Positions 1-11,557 of a stretch of 64,000 nt of DNA are shown here, piece after piece. Numbering within the stretch: the stretch's first letter is position 1; every line of letters starts with the position of its first letter. The position numbers were made by a program, and so were the translations under genes. Below the pieces are notes generated by a model that saw nothing but the letters and a program-made list of their open reading frames with translations, had not been told where the DNA came from and did no database searches. The stretch is from Macrostomum lignano (taxonomy: Eukaryota). The stretch is from NCBI GenBank assembly GCA_002269645.1, contig NIVC01000034.1:284883-348882 (forward strand). Direction: 5' to 3'.

Positions 1-810
1 CACTGAACTATCACTAATCTTGGAATTCATTCAGTGACTGAACTACCAGTGAACTTGGGATTCATTCAGTGACCTTGAGATTCATTCAGTGACTGAACTA
101 TCAGTGACCTTGAGACTCATTCAGTGACTGAGCTATCAGTGACCTTGAGATTCATTCAGTGACCTTGGGATTCATTCAGTGACTGAGCTATCAGTGACCT
201 TGAGATTTATTCAGTGACTGAGCTATCAGTGACATTGGGATTCATTCAGTGACTGAGCTATCAGTGACCTTGAGATTCATTCAGTGACTGAGCTATCAGT
301 GACCTTGGGATTCATTCAGTGACTGAACTAACATTAGTGATCTTGGGATTCATTCAGTGACTGAACTAACATCAGTGACCTTGAGATTCATTCAGTCACT
401 GAACTATCACTAATCTTGGAATTCATTCAGTGACTGAACTACCAGTGAACTTGGGATTCATTCAGTGACTGAACCATCAGTGACCTAGGGATTGATTCAG
501 TGACTGAACTATCAGTGACCTTGAGATTTATTCAGTGACTGAGCTATCAGTGACCTTGAGATTCATTCAGTGACTGAGCTATCAGTGACCTTGGGATTCA
601 TTCAGTGACTGAGCTATCAGTGACCTTGAGATTCATTCAGTGACCTTGGGATTCATTCAGTGACTGAGCTATCAGTGACCTTGAGATTTATTCAGTGACT
701 GAGCTATCAGTGACCTTGGGATTCATTCAGTGACTGAGCTATCAGTGACCTTGGGATTCATTCAGTGACTGAACTAACATCAGTGACCTTGGGATTCATT
801 CAGTGACTGA
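1..810. repeat. Intronic minisatellite, ~35-bp unit CAGTGACTGAGCTATCAGTGACCTTGAGATTCATT
   Basis: More than 20 tandem units with deletion variants; core TCAGT-G-ACTGA inverted repeat. Confidence 0.95.
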
Positions 811-835
811 ACAAAAAAGAAGCAAACCAACAAAC

Positions 836-1277
836 CTCAGGCTCCAGCTGTCTGTCTGTCTCGGCGCTATCCAGGCGATCCAACAGCTGCAAGAAGTCTA
901 AGTACAGCTGGCCTCCTAGCTGCCAGTCCTGCCTGTCGCCAGCCAGCTGAGCAACTGGTGCCAGGTGACGCCGGACTCGACTGAGCTGTCCGGCTACCAG
1001 CCAGCGCGGAGCCAGACTGTTCAGGAGGATGTCGTGCGCCGGTCGCCACTGACCGGCTGCCAGCCAGTGTCGGGCCTCTCGACGCTGCCAATCGGCTAGG
1101 TCGACAGGTAATTGAGCGCCGTCGCTAATGTTGAAGCAGCGAGTTCGACAGGCCAAGGCCCAGGCTGAGTGAAGCCAGTGGCGCGGCAGGCCGAGTTGGT
1201 TGGTGAGGAAATTTTGCAGAGCCGGGTCGCGAACTGTGCCCAGGTGACGGCTCAGACAGGCGCTGACTGCTCGGGTT
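836..1277 (-). CDS. NUP96: Nup96 exon (C-terminal helical region)
   Basis: Acceptor ctgcag at 1283-1278, donor GT at 835-834. Translates RTRAVSACLSRHL...W..AHDILLNSLAPRWL...WQLGGQLYLDFL. Confidence 0.9.
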
Positions 1278-4200
1278 CTGCAGGGTTGGGATTTTGGGAA
1301 TTACCAGATTTTTTCCCCAGCAATTAGATCTAATAGACTGATTCGAATTAAAAGTTTTTTGAATCCTTAAGTTGGAATCTGAATCCTCAATTAGGGATCT
1401 GAATCCTCAATTAGGGATCTGAATCCTCAATTAGGGATCTGAATCCTTAATTATGGATCTGAGTCCTCAATTAGGGATCTAAATCCTCAATTGGGGATCT
1501 GAGTCCTCAATTAGGGATCTGAATCCTCAATTAGGGATCTGAATCCTCAATTAGGGATCTAAATCCTCAATTAGGGATCTGAATCCTCAATTGGGGATCT
1601 GAATCCTCAATTAGGGATCTGAATTCTCAATTAGGGATCTAAATCCTCAATTGGGGATCTGAATCTTCAATTAGGGATCTGAATCCTCAATTAGGGATCT
1701 GAATCCTCAATTAGGGATCTGAATCCTCAACTAGGGACTCAATTGGGGATCTGAATCCTCAATTAGGGATCTGAATCCTCAATTAGGGATCTGAATCCTC
1801 AACTAGGGACTCAATTGGGGATCTGAATCCTCAATTACGAATCTAAATCCTCAATTAGGGATCTGAATCCTCAATTAGGGATCTGAATCCTCAATTAGGG
1901 ACTCAATTGGGGATCTGAGTCCTCTCAATTAGGGATCTGAATCCTCAATTAGGGATCTCAATCCTCAATTAAGGATCTGAGTCCTCAATTAGGGATCTGA
2001 ATCATCAACTAGGGATCTGAGTCCTCAATTAGGGATCTAAATCCTCAATTATGGATCTAAATCCTCAATTAGGGATCTAAATCCTCAATTAGGGATCTGA
2101 ATCCTCAATTAGGGATCTGAATCCTCAATTAGGGATCTGAATCGTCAATTAGGGATCTAAATCCTCAATTAGGGACTTAATTGGGGATCTGAATCCTTAA
2201 TTAGGGATCTGAATCCTCAATTAGGGATCTAAATCCTCAATTGGGGATCTGAATTCTCAACTAGAGATATAAAAATCCTGTATTGAAACCCACAGAGCAG
2301 TCTCTCACCTGGCTAAATCGTCGTCAATATGAAGCAGCACAAACAGGGCCCAGTCCCACAGTCCCTGGGACTCCAGTTTAGCCGCATAGCCGCAGTGCAG
2401 CGCCTGAGTGGCCGAGTCGGTGAGGTGGCTGTAGCCAATCGCGCGCAGACTGCGCCACAGATGCCAGGCGGGCCCAAAGTCGATGGGATCTGGACCGTAG
2501 CCGCGCGGATCCAACAGCCTAGCCAGCCGGTGGCTTCGTTTGCAGTGCAGGCGCACCAAATGATAGGCGGTATCCCAGCGTGCGCCGCCGTGCTCCGGAT
2601 TTAACGGCGGCGGCGGTGCGCCGGGCTCCGGCGATTTGAAGGCCGATTTGTAGGCGCGCAATGCCGGGCCAAGACCGTCGCCGTAGGGTACGGAGAACCA
2701 CAGGTAGAGAGTGAATGCTCGGGTCCAGTCCATGCCCTCTGGATTGGTTGTTTTGCATCAGAGGAGGTGAACTTTCGATACATATCGGCATATTGTAATT
2801 CATACGACAATACTTAGAAATTTTGTCTAGGATTTTCTTAGAAACGCATATTTTTTAAACTACTAATTAATAAATTACCAATTTTTCGATACATATCACC
2901 AAATCCAAGAGTACACACATGATAATACCTGACATTTTCCTAGGAGTCTAGGACTTGTTTCTAACAGCCTTATGCAAAATTCAACTTTACTTTCGATACA
3001 TATCGGCAAATCCAAGAGTACATTTAATAATAACTTTAAATCTCTAGAAGTCTAGTACAAAATTAAACTGTATTTTCTATACATATCGGTAGACTGAAAT
3101 GATAGTAGAACAGTCAGACACTTTTATGAAACTTATATTGGCTTTTGATACATATCTGATGCTAACCTGATGACATAAACTTAAAAATCAAAGTTGATTA
3201 TATAAATACAATTTTCGATACATATCGGTAATTAATACTAATAGATATACCTGTCCCACTGACATCGCCAGCCAGGAGTCGATAGAGTCGCCAAACAGCA
3301 GGCGGTATAAAATCTTTTGCTCCAGTCTGCTGCCAACAGGCCACCTGCTGGGCCACCAGGTCGCGTACAGATTCCGAGTGCGGCTGGCCCAACAGCAGCG
3401 CCAGTCGGTAGTGGCGCCGTTTTAGCGCTAAAGCGCACGCCTCAGTGAACTGACCGGCGCTTAACAAGCGAAACACAGCCACGGCGCAATCGCCCTCACT
3501 GTCGGGATCTTCAACAGTCTGTTGCTGTTGCTGCTGCTGCTGCTGAAGTTCGGCAACAACTGGCCTTCGCTGAACCCATTCTGTGAAAGCCTCTTTCCGA
3601 GGCAACTGAGTCGCTAAGAATTCGTCCTGCGGCAGATGCTGCTGCTGCTCACCACCAGCTGCATCAGAAGACGCAACCGTCGAGGATTTCAACGGAGCCC
3701 AGAGCGCTCGAGTGAGGCTGAGCAGGCGGGACAGGACACTGTCAGGCTGGGACTCCAGCTCGGCCAGGTACTGGGTCAGGGGTTCGAGTCCCGGCTGTGG
3801 AGACCATCTAGGGCATTGAAGAAGACTCTGCTGGCTGCCTCGGTCGGACACGGAGGTGTCGAGAGCAGCATTGAGCAGATTCTCTTCGTGTACGCTGGCC
3901 TCGCGACTCGACTCGGGAGCGAACACGCTGGTCAAGTGAATCTGCAAATTAATTTCAATATGCATTAACAGACACTTAAATTCTAACAATACTACTTATT
4001 AATAAATCGCATTCAGTTGAGTTTTTTTAAATTTTCGCAAAAATTAGAAACTCCGATATGTATCGAAAATAAATATAATCAACAACGCAAATCTTACAGA
4101 CGTGACAAAATATGCCAAGTATTATAGTTAAACAACTATAGTCACGATACTACTAAACTTCAATTCTGAGGAAAACATGTAGCGAAAAATACAAAATTCC

Positions 4201-4892
4201 AGTCAAAAAGAAAAAAATTGGCAGTAAATAATTTCGGAAAAATTGTTGACTCACTAGTTTCTGAGATGTGATCCATTCCGTTGTAGCTTCAAAACCCCGA
4301 TATGTATCGAAAACAAATATACATAAAAACACTAATTCAACGAATCTCGAAACCCTGATTGTAAGCAATGCCATTGATACTACTTTTGTACTTAGCATAT
4401 GAATTAGTACTCGTACGAAAATATAGAACAAATCCGATATGTATCGACAGAACAACTATAGTAGTAACAAATTAACCAACTCTGGTCTTGATGACATTTC
4501 AACCGAATTACACTTAAATATACAAAACTGCTAATAATACTACTTATCTACTCTTATACGCACTGATACAAAAAAGATTTTTATGAAAAAAACTTTTCAA
4601 AAAAGGAGGAAATCCCCGATATGTATCGAAAGATACAAAACTCTAACTAAATGAAACCAAAATTTTTATGTTTAATGTTTTCTTCCTTTCTACACATTAG
4701 TGTTTACTGAACCCGATATGTATCGAAAAACTATTATAACAATAAAAGTTTAATCAGTTTTACCGAATTACACTTAATTACACAAAAACGGCTAAAACGC
4801 TAATAATACTACTTATCTATTTTTTCGCGCCGATATAAAGCATAATTTAGATACAAAAAGCTATTGAAAAACGAATGCCAATATGTATCGAA

Positions 4893-4954
<62 letters not shown>

Positions 4955-7900
4955 ATACCAACCCTGGGTCCATCGATAGCTAGCAGTTCTCCGGACGGTC
5001 CCCAAGAGACGCGGCGAGACCTGCTACGCCAGAAGGCGACATCGGCCAGACTAAAATCGGCCGCGCATTGTCGCAAGTCGCCACCGCCGCCACCGTAGCC
5101 GGCAAAGCTGAGCTTCACAGATTCGGGAAACCTCAGCCGAGCAGCTGGCCTAGCCGGCATCGAGGACGGCACCGGAGACTCTGGGGCGAAGGCGAATTCC
5201 ATTGGTTTCACTCGCAATGGCGATTGGGTTGGCAGGCCTGGACCAAGATGTTGCTGCTGCTGCTGCTGCTGGCCAGTACGACGCAGCTTTGATGGTGATG
5301 GAGAGGTCGATAGCAGGCCAGTCGGTGAGGCTAAGAACGACCGACGAGAGTCCACGTAAGACAGTTGCTGTTGGGAATACATTTATCTGTCTGCGGCTGC
5401 AAGTCATGAGGAGCAGGTCATGAATTGCTGGGAAAAACTTTAATAAACCGTTATACATTACTAACTTGTCAGGTCTAATAAATCTGACTTGTCAGATCCA
5501 TTAAATCTGACTTGTCAGGTCTATTAAATCTGACTGTCAGGTCTATTAAATCTTACTTGTCAGGCCTATTAAATCTGACTTGTCAGGTCTATAAGTCTGA
5601 CTTGTCAGGTCTATTAAATCTGACTTGTCAGGTGTATTAACTCTGACTTGTCAGGTCTATTAAATCTGACTTGTCAGGTGTATTAACTCTGACTTGTCAG
5701 GTCTATTAAATCTGACTTGTCAGGTGTATTAACTCTGACTTGTCAGGTCTATTAAATCTGACTTGTCAGGTCTATTAAATCTGACTTGTCAGGTCTATTA
5801 AATCTGACTTGTCAGGTGTATTAAATCTGACTTGTCAGGTGTATTAAATCTGACTTGTCAGGTCTATTAAATCTGACTTGTCAGGTGTATTAAATCTGAC
5901 TTGTCAGGTGTATTAAATCTGACTTGTCATGTGTATTAAATCTGACTTGTCAGGTCTATTAACTTTGACTTGTCAGGTCTATTAACTCTGACTTGTCAGG
6001 TCTATTAACTTTGACTTGTCAGGTCTATTAAATCTGACTTGTCAGGTCTATTAACTTTGACTTGTCAGGTCTATTAACTCTGACTTGTCAGGTCTATTAA
6101 CTCTGACTTGTCAGGTCTATTAAATCTGCCTTGTCAGGTCTACCAGTATTAACTTTGACTTGTCAGGTCTATTAAATCTGACTGTCAGGTGTATTAAACC
6201 TGACCTCAAAAAGCAAATTAGAAAACCAAAAAACACAGTCGAATTAAAACAACACCAATAATACACGATCGTATTCAGTTATAATATATTAATGGTTAAT
6301 AATTAAGCTAAAAAGCATGATCAATAAAAGTATTGCAAAAAAATAAAACACATAACTTACTACCATTAATAAATATAAACATACATGCGCAACAGTCGGC
6401 CGAGTCGGCCGATCCGGCCGACCGATTTGGCGGCCAACCAAGGTAAGTCGCAAAAATGCCCACCCGAAAGAATCATACGTAGTACTAATTAGATGACGAG
6501 GCATTTAGCCCTTATAAGACAGTCATAGTTACTCCTGCTGTTTACCCAAAATTGCGTTAATTTTGCTGAAGGGTTTCTTTCACAGGTAAGTCGCATTTTT
6601 TGTTAAAACTAAGTCGCACGGCCGACCAAATTTTGAAGGTTGCGCATGTATGAATATAAATAAGCTAACACAACATTCAAAGCAGCAACAATAATAGCAG
6701 GCAAAATAAGCAAACAGATTTCAAGCAATTTAAGCCAACATAATTATTAAATAATGGGTAAAAAAGCAAACGGTTAATACAGACCATTATTTCTGGCATT
6801 TCTAGCACCGATGACAATATTGCAGTCTTTTAACAGTTAAATAAAAGTCATGGAATGCGGCCAGCTGCATTTACCAGATTGAATTTATATTTTTTTAATT
6901 ATAAACATGTAGACTAGCAACTGTCAACGCAAATTAAATAGATTATAAATTGAGCTAAGTTTAATACCTACATGCAGTTGAAGCAAATTAAACCAATATC
7001 AAGTGATAAACGCAGTCATTATATAAATACTAAAAGAGAAAATGGACGCAAAAGAATGTGCGCTTGGGCTAATTGCAGAGCAAAACTGGGCACTACTGGA
7101 CGGCTTAAAACTTCAAGCGACAGTCGGTGAGATCGATTTGAGAGTACAGAGTAGAGGCAGAGAAAAGAGAGGAAGAATAGATATTAGAATTAACTATTCG
7201 CGTTAGGAGAAGAGATGCGGCAGAAGAGAGGATGAGATTTGTAGATAAGATTAGGAGGATCAGATTTGCGAATAGGAGAGGGCGAGATTTATGAATACAT
7301 GTAGGTGAGATCTGTGGATAGGAGAGTGAGATTTGTAGATAGGAGGGTGAGATTTGTGGATAGGAGGGTGAGATTTGTGGATAGGAAGGTGAGATTTGTA
7401 GATAGGAGGGTGAGATTTGTGGATAGGAGGGTGAGATTTGTGGATAGGAAGGTGAGATTTGAGGATAGGAGGGTGAGAGTTGTGGATAGGAGATGGTGAG
7501 ACTTTTGGATAGGAGGGTGAGATTTGTGGATAGGAGAGTGAGATTTGTAGATAGGAGGGTGAGATTTGTGGATAGGAGGGTGAGATTTGTGGATAGGAAG
7601 GTGAGATTTGAGGATAGGAGGGTGAGAGTTGTGGATAGGAGATGGTGAGACTTTTGGATAGGAGGGTGAGATTTGTGGATGTGAGGGTGAGATTTGTGAA
7701 TAGGAGAGGGTGAGACTTGTGGATAGATCTTGAGACTCAAGACAGAGATAAGATCGAGATAAAAAATGATAAAAATAACGATTTTCAATCAATCAATCGT
7801 TGTTAATGGGTGCTAAAAGCCAGTCCAGTTATCTCAAGAGAGTATCTGAGTCGGATTTTCGCCAAGAGCCATGCTGCCCTTGAAGTCTAGCACATCGGAG

Positions 7901-8401
7901 AGACGACACCAACTGCCTTTGCTGTTGCTGCTGTTGCAGTCTCGGCGGAGTCAGAGTGGCGGATTTCTCGCCGCCAAGAATATTACAATTATTTGGCGTC
8001 ATAGTGGGCCGACGGCAAGTCACGGCCACTCTAGAAGTGGAGGCTGTACGCCACATCAACCTCTGGCACTGGCTGCCAGTGTTCAAAGACTCACAGGATG
8101 ATTGATTAATTTGATCCTCGCAATTAAATAATTCAGTTTTCATGCTTTGCAAAGTGGCAGCGCTCAGGCCAAGTTGTTTTACTAAAGCAACTGAAGCTGG
8201 GTCGGATGAAGCTGATGAAGGCGGTTCCGGCTGAGGTGAATGCTGCTGAGGAGGCGGTGGCGGTGGCATGGGCTGCCCAATGGGGTAGAGGTGACCATTT
8301 TGCAGAACGCAAGGCAACACGAGGCCATTAGGAAGTGGATAAAAATAGTAGCGATAATGCGTGTTACTACCCGGATGTGACTGCTGCTGACAATGCTGCA
8401 T
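836..8401 (-). CDS. NUP96: Nup96 part of the Nup98-Nup96 locus (multi-exon, continues beyond the left window edge)
   Basis: Exons 8401-~8095 (3' end uncertain), 5367-4963, 3941-3251, 2738-2309, 1277-836. GT/AG sites and phases agree (0-0, 0-1, 1-2, 2-0). Nup96 motifs: LGLSAATLQSMKTELF, RSRRVSWGP, FTEACALAL..RLALLLGQ, GMDWTRAFTLYLWF, GLWDWALFVLLHI, NFLTNQLGLPRHWLH. Confidence 0.88.
1372..2265. repeat. Intronic minisatellite, 20-bp unit GAATCCTCAATTAGGGATCT
   Basis: About 40 tandem units; imperfect palindrome centred on AATT. Confidence 0.95.
2309..2738 (-). CDS. NUP96: Nup96 exon
   Basis: Acceptor ccAG 2740-2739, donor GTGAGA at 2308. Translates DWTRAFTLYLWF, DTAYHLVRL, LESQGLWDWALFVLLHI. 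Confidence 0.92.
2770..4895. repeat. Two degenerate arrays of the motif CCGATATGTATCGAA in opposite orientation
   Basis: Six copies reading TTCGATACATATCGG at ~2774-3228 and six reading CCGATATGTATCGAA at ~4053-4893. Confidence 0.85.
3251..3941 (-). CDS. NUP96: Nup96 exon
   Basis: Acceptor ttgcAG 3943-3942, donor GT 3250. Translates RKEAFTEWV, AVFRLLSAGQFTEACALA, LALLLGQ, QVACWQQ. Confidence 0.9.
4898..4950. repeat. (AT)n microsatellite
   Basis: About 26 AT units directly after the splice donor at 4962. Confidence 0.95.
4963..5367 (-). CDS. NUP96: Nup96 exon containing the RS.RV.WGP motif
   Basis: Acceptor ttcccaacAG 5369-5368, donor GTTGGT 4962. Translates DVAFWRSRSRRVSWGPSGELL. Confidence 0.8.
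5462..6205. repeat. Intronic minisatellite, 23-bp unit CTGACTTGTCAGGTCTATTAAAT
   Basis: About 32 units; core CTGAC-TT-GTCAG hairpin. Confidence 0.95.
6380..6652. mobile_element. MITE, possibly Tc1/mariner-like
   Basis: 14-bp inverted repeats CATACATGCGCAAC (6380-6393) and GTTGCGCATGTATG (6639-6652). Can be read as TA flanks plus a CATGCGCAAC TIR. Non-coding interior. Confidence 0.65.
7230..7730. repeat. Intronic minisatellite, 21-bp unit GATAGGAGGGTGAGATTTGTG
   Basis: About 20 tandem units; source of the spurious ORFs at 7105-7792. Confidence 0.92.
7829..8401 (-). CDS. NUP96: Nup96 N-terminal exon/ORF (3' boundary uncertain)
   Basis: 190-aa ORF containing LVKQLGLSAATLQSMKTELF, similar to the LGINPHVLQIMKASLL segment that follows the cleavage site in vertebrate Nup96. 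The strongest donor is GTGAGT at 8094. Confidence 0.7.
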   Translation of the reverse strand: MQHCQQQSHPGSNTHYRYYFYPLPNGLVLPCVLQNGHLYPIGQPMPPPPPPQQHSPQPEPPSSASSDPASVALVKQLGLSAATLQSMKTELFNCEDQINQSSCESLNTGSQCQRLMWRTASTSRVAVTCRRPTMTPNNCNILGGEKSATLTPPRLQQQQQQRQLVSSLRCARLQGQHGSWRKSDSDTLLR

Positions 8402-8471
8402 GCCGGATGTCTTTTAGTGCTGAAATATTTACGATTTTTTACGGTAAAGGATGTCAGGTAAAATGGGATTA

Positions 8472-10157
8472 CTTACTTACTTACTTACTACTGACGGGGG
8501 GCGCAGGCGCCGCGAATAGGCCGCGAGGCCCCTATCGCAACCCCAAGGTAAAAGAGCACAAGGATTAGCCTTGGGGGTGCGCCCAGTCCCCGCCAGTAGT
8601 CGGCAGGTCCGCAGTGGAGGCATCGGCGACCCTCATCCGGCCGGAGTCCCGGACGAAGGCGCGGAGGTCTCGGATATTGTCCGCGGTGGTCAGCTCGTCC
8701 ATCCGCTGGGGGTGGCCGAGGTATTTGTGCCGCGCCTTGTTGAAGTAAGGGCAGAAGGTGACGTGATGCTCCGCGGTCTCCTCTCCTATGCCACAGAAGG
8801 GACAGGTGGGAGGGCAACCGGTTTGCAACGATATATGTCTCTGGAAGAATCCGTGGCCGGTTAGGACCATGCACATCTCCCTGAGGTCGGTTTTGTTAAG
8901 CGAAATCAGATAATCAGAGACTTTCCTGTTCAGGTTAGGCATGGCAGAGCGGCTCTGCCTGTACTCGGTGCAGCTGTTCCAGTGGAGCTGGTGCTGCTGA
9001 TGGAGCCACCTGTTGATATGGCGGGTGACTTGCGACCTGGGGGTGGGTAGCCTCATCAGACGGTGGTTGCCGTCTGGGTTGCTGCCCTCCTTGGCGAGAG
9101 AGTCCGCGAGCTCGTTGCCCAGGATGTTGCTGTGACCAGGTGTCCAGATAATTCTAATCCTGTTAAGGACTGAGAGAGATTGCACACTGCGGTGGCATTG
9201 AGATACTGTAGCAGCGGAGATATTCTCAGTGGTTAAGGCCTTAATAGCAGCTTGGCTATCAGTGTAGAAATTAATGTCAAAATTATTAATGTTCGCCTGA
9301 AACAGTTGCTGGGCACACTGCTCAATGGCGCAAATTTCAGCTTGGAAAACTGAGGTGTTCTCACCGAGGTGCAGACTTTCCTGGAGAAGCATCTTACCCT
9401 CGTGGAAAATGGCAATACCCGCTCCAGCGCGGCCGTTGAACAGCGAGCCGTCGGTGAAGCAGTGAATGCCCTGGCTGCGCCGGTTCACACCGACATCCAG
9501 CGGAATGTTGTCTCGGCCAGGGATGGCGGTCTTGAAGCCCCTCCTGATGTTGAGGGCGGGAGGTCGACTATCCACATTGCCCAGGTCCATGTGGATGTTG
9601 TTAAGGTCGCGGCGGACAAAGTCCATATGCGGGATTAATGTTTTCATTGGCATAAAGCCAGAGGGCGCGTTATTTAACGTTTTATCTCTGATAAGCCGGG
9701 AGGCAGACTTCATAGCCTCCGCCCTAATAAATAGGTGAAGCGGAGGTAGGTTAAGGATAGTGTTCAGCCCCTCGTAAGGGGTGGACGGGTACGCACCTGT
9801 GATGGCACGGCAAATGCTGCCCTGAAGCTGGTACAGCCGCTGACGGGCGGCCTTCTGCTCCAGCACGCTAGTCCAGATGAGACTCGCGTATGTGATACTG
9901 GGCCGGATGATGCCGGTATAAATCCAACGGACCGTTCTAGGCGAGAGGCCCCAAGTCGGCCCGATGGCTCTGCGCAGCTGGGCAAAGCAGCGTTTTGCCC
10001 GACCGATGACGTTATCAAGGTGCTTCGTCCAGCGCAGGTCATGCGTTAGCGTCACACCGAGGTATTTGACCTCCTTCTTGAAGGGGATGTTTCTGCCATA
10101 GACAGTGAGGTTTTTCATCTCCCACTTACGGCGCTTGGTGAAAACGACAGCGACAGT
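8472..10157 (-). mobile_element. 5'-truncated non-LTR retrotransposon (R1/LOA-like) with RT C-terminus, RNase H and CCHC finger
   Basis: Open 517-aa frame 8565-10118: [30 protein letters not shown], RNase H motifs FTDGS / QAEICAI / YTDSQAA / [19 protein letters not shown], and CPFC..ETAEH..C. (TAAG)n tail at ~8472-8489. Exact 13-bp TSD TAAAATGGGATTA at 8459-8471 and 10158-10170. Confidence 0.93.
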
Positions 10158-10815
10158 TAAAATGGGATTAACTAGTTAAGGATCTGAGGTACAATGGGAT
10201 TAACTAGTTAAGTATCTGAGGTACAATGGGATTAACTAGTTAAGGATCTGGGGTACAATGGGATTAACTAGTTAAGGATCTGAGGTACAATGGGATTAAC
10301 TAGTTAAGGATCTCGGGTACAATGGGATTAACTACTCAAGGATCTGAGGTACAATGGGATTAACTAGTTAAGGATCTCGGTCGGGTACAATGGGATTAAC
10401 TACTCAAGGATCTCAGGTACAATGGGATTAACTAGTTAAGGATTTCGGGTACAATGGGATTAACTAGTTAAGGATCTCAGGTACAATGGGATTAACTAGT
10501 TAAGGATCTCAGGTACAATGGGATTAACTAGTTAAGGATTTCGGGTACAATGGGATTAACTAGTTAAGGATCTCAGGTACAATGGGATTAACTAGTTAAG
10601 GATCTCAGGTACAATGGGATTAACTAGTTAAGGATTTCGGGTACAATGGGATTAACTAGTTAAGGATCTCAGGCACAATGGGATTAACTAGTTAAGGATC
10701 TCAGGTACAATGGGATTAACTAGTTAAGGATTTCGGGTACAATGGGATTAACTAGTTAAGGATCTGAGGTACAATGGGATTAACTAGTTAAGCATCTCGG
10801 GTACAATGGGATTAA
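10158..10815. repeat. Minisatellite, 32-bp unit GGTACAATGGGATTAACTAGTTAAGGATCTCA
   Basis: About 20 units; contains the perfect 12-bp palindrome TTAACTAGTTAA. Confidence 0.95.
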
Positions 10816-11199
10816 CCAGATTAATAGAAGCAAGGAGTGAAAAGCAAACTCATTATAGAATCGGGAGGACACAAAAGCCTGTACTTGTATTTAAAACAAA
10901 TAATACATTCGAGTCGGTTCTTGTAATTTATAAAATGAAACTTTTTGTCTTATGCAGTTTAGCAAATCAGAAAATACCAGCACTAGGAGACAGGTGACAT
11001 TGAAACCTTTCGAAATTAACAAAATAAAAAAGAATGTGATGACATAGGATTAAGTAAACATTAAACTTAAAATTTGTTACTTTTTAAACATAGACAAAAG
11101 GGTATTTTAACGACAACTTTTACAGTACACATGAACTCATGCCAAAAATTTGGGGGGGGGGGATAAATAAACTATGAAAATTATAACAAAAAGAATATT

Positions 11200-11205
11200 T
11201 TTATT
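11200..11205 (-). promoter_or_regulatory. Candidate polyadenylation signal AATAAA for the Nup98 transcript
   Basis: tttatt on the + strand at 11200-11205, about 350 nt after the TGA at 11558, in AT-rich sequence. Confidence 0.4.
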
Positions 11206-11296
11206 TCATTTAACTGAATAGGCGGGTCTATAATATTTTAAGATAATTATATCAGGATAAAAGCATGCCTATTAAACCTTCATTTTGAAATATTAT

Positions 11297-11425
11297 CTTC
11301 TGTTAGACAGTCAACTCTGAACACAGTGTCAACACCTGTTAGACAGTCAACTCTGAACACAGTGTCAACACCTGTTAGACAGTCAACTCTGAACACAGTG
11401 TCAACACCTGTTAGACAGTCAACTC
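11297..11425. repeat. Short tandem repeat, 36-bp unit, ~3.5 copies
   Basis: CTGTTAGACAGTCAACTCTGAACACAGTGTCAACAC repeated. Confidence 0.9.
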
Positions 11426-11557
11426 TGAACACACCTGTCTAACAGTCGATCCGACACGAAGAATCAAGCCCCTAAGAATGGCATAAACTATACAATATGT
11501 TTAGAAACTGTAAGGCCAGAAATCCCGCAGTAAAACTGAAATCTCAAATCGCAAATC

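Noticed and set aside
7105-7792. Long ORFs (STNLTLL / HKSHPP repeats)
   Set aside because: Translations of the 21-bp minisatellite.
10815-11557. Hidden exons for the Nup98 autoproteolytic domain
   Set aside because: Manual minus-strand reading shows AT-rich, stop-rich sequence with no GYY, GRxGYG, GLN or HFS-like motifs. Very small exons cannot be fully excluded.
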